A DNA stretch of 64,000 nt from Setoptus koraiensis (lineage: Eukaryota; Animalia; Arthropoda): the NCBI GenBank assembly GCA_048013815.1, contig CM106586.1, forward strand, positions 11,098,001 to 11,162,000, written 5' to 3'. Under the pieces are notes generated by a model. That model was not told the origin of the DNA, did no database searches, and saw only the letters and a program-made list of their open reading frames with translations. A program made the position numbers and the translations under genes. Shown in pieces: positions 49,187 through 60,099 of this stretch; position 1 is the stretch's first letter, and each line of letters opens with the position of its first letter.

Positions 49187-50075
49187 ATGGCCGGCTCGCC
49201 GGCGATTATTTCATGGTCGACGCGAGCTCGCAAGCGCCATCGTCATCCAGTTGGGGACTCTGTCGGCGGCCGACCGAATCGAGTATTGATTGCACTGGGC
49301 GCTGGCGGGGCCAGCAATAACACAATAATAAATAGTAACAGTTTTACAATGCATCATTGCGCAATATGACGTGCAAACGCTGACCCGTTCGCCACGCTTC
49401 GAAGCGCCAGTTGGCGGCTTGCGACTCGCGACTCGCGACTCAAAGTAACGAGCCGGCCCCTAATCTGGCCCGCGCTCATTAAGACTGCCGGGCCCGGCCG
49501 GCCGCAACAAGCTCACGGCGCGGCCGGCCCGCCCGCCCGGTTAACTGGTCACTGTGGCCGCAGTGACTCGCTACTAGTGAGAGTGGCGGAGTGTAGCGAA
49601 GCATAAATCGCGCTCTCATTTGGGGACCTGATTATGCGCATGCAAATTGGGCATATGCTGGCACGGCTGGGGCCGGGCATTTGAGCCGCTAATACCGGTA
49701 TGTTGTGATGCCGGCCCGCAGCCCCACAATTGCCGTTACACGCGGCCAGTTACACGCGTCGGGTTGTGGCGATATTTATATATCTATATATATATATATG
49801 TGGCGATATATCGCGCTGGCGAGCCATATTTGGCCAAAGAAAGACGTGACTCCATCCTGTTGTCAGTTGGCACTGACTGCGTCACAAAACGGGCGTCTGG
49901 GGCCAGTTAGCTAGCCGGCTGGCGTGGCACACAATGGCGAATAGCATAATGATGCTATTCGCCATCATATCATCCGCGCATAATATAATGGCGCCAGATT
50001 CATCTCTCGGGCCGGCCCGGCCGCCGCCGGTCTGGCCGCTCGCTAGTATTTTGGCGGCACGTCGAGCGCGCCGCC

Positions 50076-50124
50076 AAAATTGTGCCCTCGTGCGGGCTTG
50101 ACGCCCGCACGAGGGCACAATTTT
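50076..50124. repeat. Perfect 22-bp-arm inverted repeat with a 5-nt loop
   Basis: aaaattgtgccctcgtgcgggc-ttgac-gcccgcacgagggcacaatttt. An overlapping 11-bp hairpin lies at 50048-50058 / 50070-50080. Confidence 0.95.
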
Positions 50125-51829
50125 AGCAATCGCTGGCCCAACCAGCGCCAGTCAACGCGAGTGATACAAGCGGCGACGGGGTGAACGGTTGGCCAGATTA
50201 GCCAGCCGAGAGGCCACTTGAAACGGCGGCGGGGTCGGCCCCGCCAGGCGACTCGGGGCCCCAGTTTGGCGCTCGTGAGCGACAGTATTAGCGACAGTTT
50301 GTCTGTTCCTCTCTGGCATGCAAACTGCGTGCCAGCCAGAGGGGAACGGCCGCCGCTAGCGCGCCCTCAGCACCACTCACAGCCAGATAAAAGGGGCTCG
50401 CTTATTTATAAGGCGCCGCTGGGGAACGATGCACACACTCACGATATGTTCGTCATGTTCGCGGGCCCCCTCCCCCCGCGCCCCGATTCGTTATATTTCG
50501 CCTGGCTGGCGCGCATTTGTTATACGGCTCACATACGAGCGAGTTGTTGTTGTTGTGTGCGCCAAATTGGTTATATTCGGAGGGCCGACGCAACACAATG
50601 GGGCCCGCCGGACCAGTCACTTTTGGTTTGGCTGGGCGCTGCAACGGGGGGCGCCGACTCACTCAATCAGCCTGGCGAGCGCTTTGTGCACCAGACAATC
50701 GGTGGCTTCGCTGAGCGGCCTGGGCAACTCGCCGGAGCCCGCACTTTGCGTGGCTCACTGGCGGCTGGCTGGCCACAGTTGCCGCCGATGCAACGGGCCA
50801 AGCATTGGCGCCCCTGCTGCTCCCCTTTGTGGTGCACGGTGCGCCATTGGGGCGCCATTGGGGCGCGTACGCCCGCCGGGCGCCCCTAGGCCGCCGGCCC
50901 GATCGAGTGTGTGTACGTCGGGTGTGCGGCCGCCGTGTCCAGTTGGCCGGACCGAGCGTCGCCGATGTTCAGCGTAGCGAGGCTGTACATCGGCTGCGCA
51001 TCGGCTCGACATCGGCTGGACATTGGCTGGAATTTTCGGCAGAATGCGGCCCCATTCTGCTGCAAATGACGCCTAGCGGGGCCAGCGCCGCTTGATACCG
51101 TCACCGCTGGCGACACAGCACGTGGCAATAAGTTGCCGTTTGAGTGACCGTCGGCGGAGAAGTGTAGTTGTGGCCACTGGCACGAGCTTGTCGAGCTGAC
51201 TTGCTCGAGCACCGTTGGCCGCTGCAACACAAGTTGTATTATGTACAACCGACGACTACTCGGCCGACAAGCTCTCGTCGAGCTTATTCCGCTGACGCAC
51301 GACATGATGGTGGCGCCACCATGCAAGCCGCCATGTCGGGGCCCCAGATTGTGGTGGACCCGAGAGTGCACACACAGTGACACACTAGACGGTCTAGTGA
51401 CTAGACCGAATGTGTTATTTTTCTGGTCGGGTTTGTCGGTTCACCAGCGTGCCCTCCGTGTATCTGTGTTCGAAATACATGTACAGAATAGGTGTATTAC
51501 ACAGAGGTATGTTTCGTCCACTCGGGGCTACATTTCATTCACAGCATGCACGCTGGACCGCACCTTGTTTCACAGAACGTCAGACGGGCCCCTTTTGGCA
51601 AACAAAGAACGAGGCTCCTTTCATATTGTTTGCTCATAACTGAACCATATCTGAACCACAAATTGAGCAACACCAATTAATGAAGTTGCACTCCAACTGT
51701 TGGAGACATTGTCGCGGGCGTGCGACGTTCCGCTATTTGCGTTCAATTTATTGGAAATATCCTCCGTCTCGTTCCGATAGATTTCAGAACCGTTATAACC
51801 GTGGCTTCATTCGATCAAGTTTATTTGTG

Positions 51830-52960
51830 TCACTCGCCGCAAATATTTCACATTCTTCAGCTACAACAAACTGTCATTTGAAACTGTCAACTGAACTGTC
51901 TGCATTGGATAATCGGATATTATCATCGAATATCTATTTCGTCGCAAATGCTTTCAATTGACTTGTTGATGCTGAGCAATGCTGGTGCTCAGATAATAAT
52001 GGGCAATGACCAATTTCTTGCTAGTGTGACGCAATCAATCATTTAAGACACACTATGAGTGGTAGGCGCAATAGTTGATGGGGATTTAGTAGCTTTTGGT
52101 GATGAGCAGCTTATTGAATTAAAACTCTCAATCGATCGCAATTGCCATCATCTTTGCTAGTTGACGGACACCTACAACAAGGCCAGTCTCTGGTTTGTGC
52201 AATCTGAAATTGTCAACATAAATATCTGGCTCGCTAAACGATTAACGGCCAAACGAAGCCATCCAGCCACATGGCACATAATTGGATTTAAAAGACCGAT
52301 ATGGCCTAGACTCAATGAACGTCACTTTGGTCTTCAGGTGGCTATTAACGCAATCGCGTGATGGAAGCCGAAATGAGCTGCAATAACTGGAGCTTCCATC
52401 TAATGAGCCTGGGGGCCCGAAGGGGAGTGATGCGAGTAAGAATCAGTGTTTATCAACGATAATGCTGATGGACTATGCCAATCGAGAGTCGTTCTAATCA
52501 TGATTGCTACATAGCTGGACCAGACTGCACGGATTGAATCACATCTTGACCATTCATTCTGGTATTTAGTGATATCTATTGTAACTGGCGAAATGAGACT
52601 CGCGTTCCAGCCTTTTTAATGTGGCCACACCAATAAGACTAGCTAGGTCATTGTTGTCTAATACTGGTGGTTCAACGATAATCCAAGTATGATTTTTGCT
52701 TGTTCAAAGCTATCTTCGAATGTTCCAAAACTCGTGGCTGACTCTTCCTCTCGATATTGTTTTAATGCGCATTTTTCATGATGTCATTGGCAACACCGGA
52801 GAGAGGGCCTGAGCAAAATGATAATTACGTTCATCTCTAGCATTGAGTTATACCTGCTTTCAAATCCGTGTGAAGGATCATGAAATACCCGTTGTAGGCA
52901 GTGTCCGTTCCACGAACTATACCTAGAGGAGGTGCACGAAAACGGGCCTATCCCATATTT
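51830..52960 (+). mobile_element. Decayed non-LTR (LINE-like) reverse transcriptase relic, copy A; inverted relative to copies B and C
   Basis: Clear DNA homology with copies B and C from 52176 to about 52950. Frameshifted RT-like motifs appear in the expected order: DRYGL...RWLL, GGPKGS (52411; cf. GVPQGS), VFINDNADG (52446), HSWTRLHGLN (52510), YLVISI...LAFQP (52563). Many stops. The family call and left boundary are tentative. Confidence 0.5.
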
Positions 52961-53731
52961 TTGTGCAACTCCGCACAAAAATGCCGGCGTCATTTCAACA
53001 ACTGCCACAACAATGCCAGCACCACGACAATCGAGCGACTGACAAAAATGGGGCCTCAATGTGCGTCAGTCATTATCTAGTGTGTTCGCGGGAGGGCGGC
53101 AGGCTAGCCAGACGGCGATCCGAACATCGCAACGGGGAACAAGTGTCGGTGTGTGTAACTGTGTTCTCATTTGTACAGATACAGTGCTGATACTTCTCCC
53201 GTGCACCCGGCTCCCTTGCTCTACTTTTCCGCCACTCCCCCCAGCCGCACTGGGCGACCGGAGCCCGCGCCACGCATCCCGTTTCGATGATTCACGCTCA
53301 GTGCCTACAGTGGGGCCAATAGTGAGTCACTGCGAACAGGCCAGAGACGCGAGAGGCCAGCGACGCGGCAAGCGAAATGTCTCTTTTGGGGCTATGTTGC
53401 AAAAAGGCGCCCTCCATTTGGGCAGACGAAGCATCTTTCGTTGGTGGCGCGACAGCCGAGGGGACCAAAGATTGTGTGTGTGCGTAAGGAATTATTAGAT
53501 GGATATAGAGCCGAAATGGGGCGAATTAGATTGAATTGAACTCTTGCCGAATCGCTGCACCGAGCGGCAACACATAGCCAAAGGAACTCATAGCGGCAGC
53601 TTGCATGGGGCCAGCAGCGTCACCATCGGAATTGTTATTGCTTCATCGCAGTTCGTTGTCCTTACGTGCAAAGAACTTTGCTTCTTTCCGCGCGAATTTC
53701 TGGGGCCCCGACGCTTCCTCTGTGCGAGGCC

Positions 53732-53771
53732 GCTTGGCTGGCACGGGCTGCACAGCCCGTGCCAGCCAAGC
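53732..53771. repeat. Perfect 19-bp-arm inverted repeat with a 2-nt spacer
   Basis: gcttggctggcacgggctg-ca-cagcccgtgccagccaagc. A second hairpin with a duplicated arm follows at 53786-53822. Confidence 0.95.
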
Positions 53772-54025
53772 CCTGCCCTGGCTGCGCACTGGCGGCTGCC
53801 AGTGCCTCCGCAGCGCCAGTGCAGGGGCCCCAGAGAAGCTCTCTGACGAAGCCAGTGGCTCGTTCCTTGCCAGCGTGTGTGCGTGTGTGTGTGTGTGTGT
53901 GCGTGAGCCGTTGGCTGTCGCCCAAATAGCCGTTTCGCGCCGGAGTTGCGTGCTGCGGTGCACTGGCACACGCACACACACACGCACTCAATTTTGTAGT
54001 CGGTAGCCAACTACAATTGTGCAAT

Positions 54026-54029
<4 letters not shown>

Positions 54030-54089
<60 letters not shown>

Positions 54090-54177
54090 GGATAGAGGAG
54101 GCAACATTTGTCTGAGCCGACGACCCATCGAGCTTGAGAAGGCTCTCAAGCCCGACACACACACACGCACACGCACG

Positions 54178-54209
<32 letters not shown>

Positions 54210-54242
54210 CACACACACACACGCACACACACACACACACAC

Positions 54243-54272
<30 letters not shown>
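54030..54272. repeat. Compound (CA)n/(CACG) microsatellite
   Basis: Two blocks, about 54030-54085 and 54155-54272. These produce the spurious VC/HT ORFs in the ORF track. Confidence 0.95.
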
Positions 54273-54273
<1 letters not shown>

Positions 54274-54987
54274 AACGAGCGAACAGTGGGGCGCGTTGGG
54301 TGCGCGCATAAAAATGGAGAGGACCCGTCTGAGAGTGAGCAAGACTGCGAAGTGTGTTTTAATATCCGATAGCGGCCAGTAGTTGTTGCAAAAGTAGCTT
54401 CGTAGGCACCGCCATGAGTCACACAACGATAACTATAACAACGCTGCCAGACCCATATATATGTTCTATTTGTGTAATGCTACTTCTGGTGATAATGCTG
54501 ACGCTGCCAGTTGTGTGTATATATATATATATATATATGTTACCTAAGTAGTGGAAGCTAAGAAAGAATCAAAGAAGTACGCACAGCACACACAAAGAAA
54601 AGCTTGCTCGCCATCGAAGAGATAGAGGGGGCCAACGAGCGAGAGAGAGAGACGAATTTTGTTTTAGTGCGGCCCAGACGGCCAGGCGATGCCAGCGAAA
54701 ATGAGCGAGCCACAATCAGCGATCAGCGTTTGTCATTCCGTTTTGCATCGCCAACGAGAAAGATTGTATCCTCAATTGTAAAAATAATAATAATGATAAT
54801 CTCGTGCAATATTATCCCGTAGCCCACTGGTGGCAGAATCTCCAATAATACAATAATACAGTAACACACAATATTTCAGTAGACACAAAGTGCAAAAATC
54901 TAGCCGAAATAAAATTATCCGTATTATCCCATCACTTCAGCCGCGCTGCAATAATCAACAATCATCTCGTTTGTCTTCTCCGAGTTT

Positions 54988-55052
54988 CCTTATCATTCCG
55001 CTGTCCAGAATGAACCGAATTGCAATTTTCTGGACGGAGAACTGATAAGGCC
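54988..55052 (+). ncRNA. mir-184: miR-184 precursor; mature 3p at 55031-55052
   Basis: TGGACGGAGAACTGATAAGG(CC) matches the first 20 nt of conserved miR-184. The 5p arm CCTTATCATTC... at 54988 matches the typical star start and pairs with the mature arm. Confidence 0.95.
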
Positions 55053-55454
55053 ATAAGGAGAATAAAATCATCGTTCCATAAACACAAGCAAGCAAGTCGC
55101 AAAACTATTGTAATAAACAGATCATAACAACTGGGCCCACAAATATGGCGTCTTCGTTCGGCCGCGCGTTCGAAGCAGCAGCCCAAATCGCGTAGCCTTA
55201 GCAGAGTTCCCATTGAGTGAATTGAGTGCCAATACTCGCGGATACACAATTCGCGCAGCAGGCTTCGCTGAGAGGTAAGTATTTAGTTAGTTAGCCTCGA
55301 TGGTTGGTTAGTGTAGTAGCCCAATTTATTAGTGAACAAAAAAAACTGGCCCACTTCTATTATTACAATAAAAATCATATAATTCATTATATAGCAATAT
55401 CTAGAACAGTTGTCTCAATTTACGCTTCGATGAAATTTTTGCACAAGTCTAAAC

Positions 55455-56656
55455 GGAATAGGGTCGTTTCATCAATGTACATTTCATTTTCGTACAATTC
55501 CTCGACATGTAGCTCATAGAACTGTCTTTTCGTAGAACGAGTATTTCACAATTGTGCATTTCATACAGGTGTAATTTAATGCTAGAGATACCTTTGTTCA
55601 TTACTGTGAGAGAAGATGCAAATTTTTCAGGCCCTCTCTTTAGTGTCGCCAATAATCGTATAGGTGAAAAGAAAGCTGTATTAAAACAATGGCGAGAGGA
55701 AGGGTCAGCAACGAGTTTTGGAACATTCGAAGATAGCTTTGAACAAGCGAAAATCATACTTGGATTATCGTTGAACCACCAGTATTAGACAACAATGACC
55801 CAGCTAGTCTTATTGGTGTGGCCACATTAAAAAGGCTGGAACGCGAGTCTCATTTCGCCAGTTACAATAGATATCACTAAACACAATGAATGGTCAAAAT
55901 GTGACTCAATCCATGCAGTCTGGTCCAGCTATGTGTAGCAATCATGATTAGAACGACTCTCGATTGGCATAGTCCATCAGCAATATCGTTGATAAACACT
56001 GCTTCTTACTCGCGTTACTCCCCTTCGGGCCCCCCAAGCTCATTAGATGGAAGCTCCAGTTATTGTAGCTCATTTCAGCTTATATCACGCGATCGCGTTA
56101 ATAGCCACCTGGAGACCAAAGTGACGTTCATTGAGTCTAGGCCATATCGGTCTTTTAAATCCAATTGTGTGCCTTGAGGACCTAGCTCGATGGCTTAATC
56201 GTTTGGTGACCCGGATATCAATGTCGACAATTTTAGGCACAAACTCGGGACTGGCCTTGTTTTATGTCCAGGAAAATAAGTTGACTGTCTTGGAAGAAGT
56301 ACCATTATTGGGCCCCAGAAAATTAAGACGGCTACACATTCAGGAATGAAATTATCTCCATGTGACTCAGAGACTGCATTTTAATTGAGTTAATTCTTAG
56401 GAACCTTTTCAGTTGAAATTATCTATTTATTTATCTATTATGTCACTATCATTTAACTTAAAACTATCGGCGAATCACGGAAGGCTTAAAAATTGCGATA
56501 TCAATTGAAAAATTTTCTCGCGGAGTAAGCTAAGAACTGGGTTGAAACAATGAAGTCGCCATGGAACACCAGATCGAATTAAGTAAATGCATTTATAATG
56601 CGAAAAAATGGAAGATATTTCCAATAAATTGAACTCGAATAAGGGGAACGTTGCAC
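55455..56656 (-). mobile_element. Decayed LINE-like RT relic, copy B (about 1.2 kb; direct repeat of copy C)
   Basis: Aligns to 62659-63858 at an offset of about 7200. It is the reverse complement of copy A over about 55680-56261, and contains VFINDIADG on the minus strand. Duplication is certain; the LINE call is inferred. Confidence 0.6.
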
Positions 56657-56931
56657 GCCCGTGACAATGTCTTCGACTTGAATAATTGGTGTTGCTCAGT
56701 TCATGTTTTAGATCGTCTCCTATCTGAAGAGGGTGGTTTTACTTATGAGCGAAAATGAAAGAAGCTTCGTTCTTTGTTTGCCAGAAGTGGCTCGTCTGAT
56801 TCTATGAGACGGGCGCCCCCATCATGTACTGGTTCAGTTAGGGCAGCGGTGGATGTATCTCATAATTGGCATTATAATAATAGCATTACAATCCACTTGG
56901 GTTACATCTCACTTCTAAACAACATAGTAGA

Positions 56932-57004
56932 TTCTGCAAGGGTTTTGATTGTCATCAATGGCTTGGTTGTTGAAGTACATTGATAGATGATAAACTTTGA
57001 AGAA
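56932..57004 (+). ncRNA. Candidate miRNA hairpin with a miR-315-like 5p start (TTTTGATTGT)
   Basis: A hand fold gives an imperfect stem of about 29 pairs and an 8-nt loop. The 10-nt miR-315 match begins 11 nt above the base of the stem. The 3' half of the arm is unlike canonical miR-315. Confidence 0.3.
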
Positions 57005-58857
57005 CATAGTTGGTTCGACGCTGCACTCCATCACTACTTGGGTGTCGTGGCTTATTCTTGATCTGATTTCGAGTGTATGTCATCGAACCAAATCCCTTGT
57101 CTATTTTGAACAGTTTCATACTTGACAACTTCTCTGAGGCTATAGCTATCATACTCTTTATCTTAACGTCAACGTTCTGGGTGGAATTTAAACAGTGTCT
57201 TTCCCGAGCCGTCTATTATTTCGTCGAGGCATTCTGCTTCATTTGTGTCGATCTTGTTATAAAGACTGTAGACAATTGACATGCTGCTATCTAAGCTGTC
57301 ACCGTAGTCGCAACAAGTGGTTGTTGTTGCGATCGAACATAATCCACTTTTTTGTTTGGATTTCATATAATCTAATGGGGACTGCATTTACACTACAGCG
57401 TTTCGTCATTCAAAACACCATCACTAACAGAGTGAAAATGTAGTTACCTAGATTGTCGATCAATAACAAAAGGCAGGTATGACAGTCTTATTCGGTCAAG
57501 CAGATATTATATTGATCGTTTCTTTATTTGCTTGGGCCACCTCCTACAAATCTTCATTAATGTAGCCTCAAGAAAAATAATCTAATGAGCACCATTATCT
57601 ATCACGATATCTTTTCTGAAATTGCTAGAGGAGGAGGGCATATGTTCAACATTCGTATGAACAACAAGAATTTCGTCTCATTACACAAAAATTTGTGGTT
57701 TATCATATCGTTGTTAGAAGCGACAGTTATCGACTGGTTAAGATGCCGCTAATCTCAGACGAAGAAGCTTCAGTGTTGCCATTACAACATCTCCCCTAAC
57801 TAAGACAATGATTCAAGAACGATTCCGAAGAACGATCATCAACAAGTTCAGAAACATCCTTTTGTTATTCTCGGCAGTCGAAAGAATCCAAGAAGCTAAG
57901 TCATTGACGGTGTTGCAGGCCTATGTTACATTTTCCACTGTTTCTATATTTCAGAGGAAAAAAACGTTCATCTATCTGGCTCTTATGACCACCACAATTA
58001 ATTATTATTTATTGAATGAAAATTAAGTAACTTGATCTCGCTAGAACAAACAATAAACTGGAACGAACTCAATGCACATGTAATGGTTTTGAAATAGATA
58101 AGCCCGAAGATATTTCCTATAAATTTAATGCAAATAATAGAAAATTGCAGGCATTCATTAATTGGTGTCATGTATACTATAAATGGAATGTACCGTCGAT
58201 GAGATATACTTCTATCATGTATACTTTCTATTAAGTGAACGCTGATGAAACAACCCAGACCCTTTTCAATTTGCTATGAAATTCTCGTTTATGGTTAGTG
58301 TCTAATCTATTTTAAGAGTTCATTCTTTGTCGGTCTAGACATCTAGACAAGACGTGGATATGTAAAAATTTTGAAATTAAATGTTGTTTCGGCTGAGGCC
58401 CCTGAAACGACTTTTTGATATTTTCACTCAATTCTCAATTGAAAAATTTCCGAAGCTTGATGAACACAGATAGTTGGAACAAGAATAGCTCGAACAGAGC
58501 AAGCAAAAATGATGATTATTTTAATGCATCCTTGAGCAATATTTCGAGACCGTAAAATGAGGTCGATCGCAGATACAAAGTAGATATTTTTAGATTGGGT
58601 GCACAAAATTCGTTCAGGGATATCAAAATCCACGTTGTCTACAAAGACAACTGTAAAGATACTACACCATATAGATGTGACTCATGGAAACCATAGGTAA
58701 TTCTGTTTGATACAAGTTCTTCTATCGTTTGGATTCATCCATCCTTAGATCAGTTCTAGTCTCCTATTGTTGAATTTATTGTTTGTGTCTGTTAGAACAT
58801 ATATTCAAAACACAATAAAAAGAACAAACTTGTGTCAAAAATACCTACAAGATCAAG

Positions 58858-60099
58858 ATGTCAAAAGTCTACATAACGTCTTTCTTCGTTGTTAGTCTTC
58901 TCTATGGCCTCCTTGTAATAAGTGAAGCTAATTTAGATGGCTTGATGGATACAATTAGTGTGCAATGCAATAAGAATCTATATGAATTCGTTTGTAAGTA
59001 GACTTTTACTACATTGAATCTATAGTTAACTATTAAAGTGTGGATGAATGATTAATCAGTCAATGAGCAACTGTAACACATCTCATTATCGCCTGTTTAG
59101 CTGCCTCAATGGATCTAGAGTTGGCACAAATTTGCATTGAAAATAATGCTTGCTTCACAGAGGAGGAGCAAATCGAACATTTTAGACCGGAAAGAGACGC
59201 ATTGCTGAAGGACTTTCCGACTGAATGCGAACGTTTGGGTGCTTGGAATATTACACTTAGCACCTTGATGACGTTTGTCAATACAATGAAAAATAAATCA
59301 GAATCTCTGGGTCGTTTAGATCTCAATCACACGAAAGATCTCAGTTGTGACACCAACGGTGACAACATCATTTCTGTGCTCGGTAAGTGTCTGCCCATCA
59401 TCGATGAAAATGCCCATTAGCTTTATTCGCCACTTACTTCGTATTTTATTGTATTTTCTAGACAAATTCCTGGAAGTTGCTCGTCACATGATTTGCGCTT
59501 GGCAAGAGCTTTGCTTCACGCCTGAGGAGTACAAAATTCGCCTGGCGGAAGCCAAGGAAAAAATCCTGACAGAATTCCGAGAGAAAAGTTGCAATTCCAT
59601 GACTAGCCTGACAAAAGCACAAGAGGGTCTCTTTATGAGTTGGTTAGAGGAATTATCAAAAGAGGGTCAAACATTGGGAAAGGCCCCGACTAAAGAAGCG
59701 TCAGGACCCGATGATGGCTTAGTCGAGGTGTCGAAAGATTTTGACGACGACGACGACGACGATGATGAGGAGGAGGAAACTGCTGCCGAGGGTGACCCTA
59801 AATCGCCAAATATCACAGATCCAGTGAATGTTAGCGATGAACCATTGGAGGTGTTGGTGGCAAGCAAAGATAAAATGCAACAACTCGAGGACATGTTGAA
59901 TAGTGACGATTACGTAGACGTTGAAACAGACGAGGAAGACGACGCTGGTTCGGATGATGAGCAACAGCAATTTGACTTCGACACGAATGCTCGTATACCT
60001 GAAACTCTAAACTCGATCAATGATATCCATATAGAACCCCAGTTTTCAGCTCACGACACAGCCGAATTCGACAAACATGAGAAGAAGGAGGAATTGTGA
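58858..60099 (+). CDS. Unrecognised ER-luminal protein, 351 aa (signal peptide, Cys-containing core, acidic tail, C-terminal KEEL); exons 58858-58993, 59101-59382, 59462-60099
   Basis: Both introns (107 and 79 nt) are GTAAGT...TAG and phase 1, and join into one open frame. Exon 1 encodes MSKVYITSFFVVSLLYGLLVISEA. The protein ends ...HEKKEEL. Confidence 0.8.

Noticed and set aside
53588-54426. Long VC/HT-repeat ORFs
   Set aside because: Translation of (CA)n microsatellites.
57185-57215. P-loop NTPase or Helitron helicase from DGSGKT
   Set aside because: It does not fit GxxxxGK[ST] spacing and is followed at once by stops. No Walker B motif was seen.
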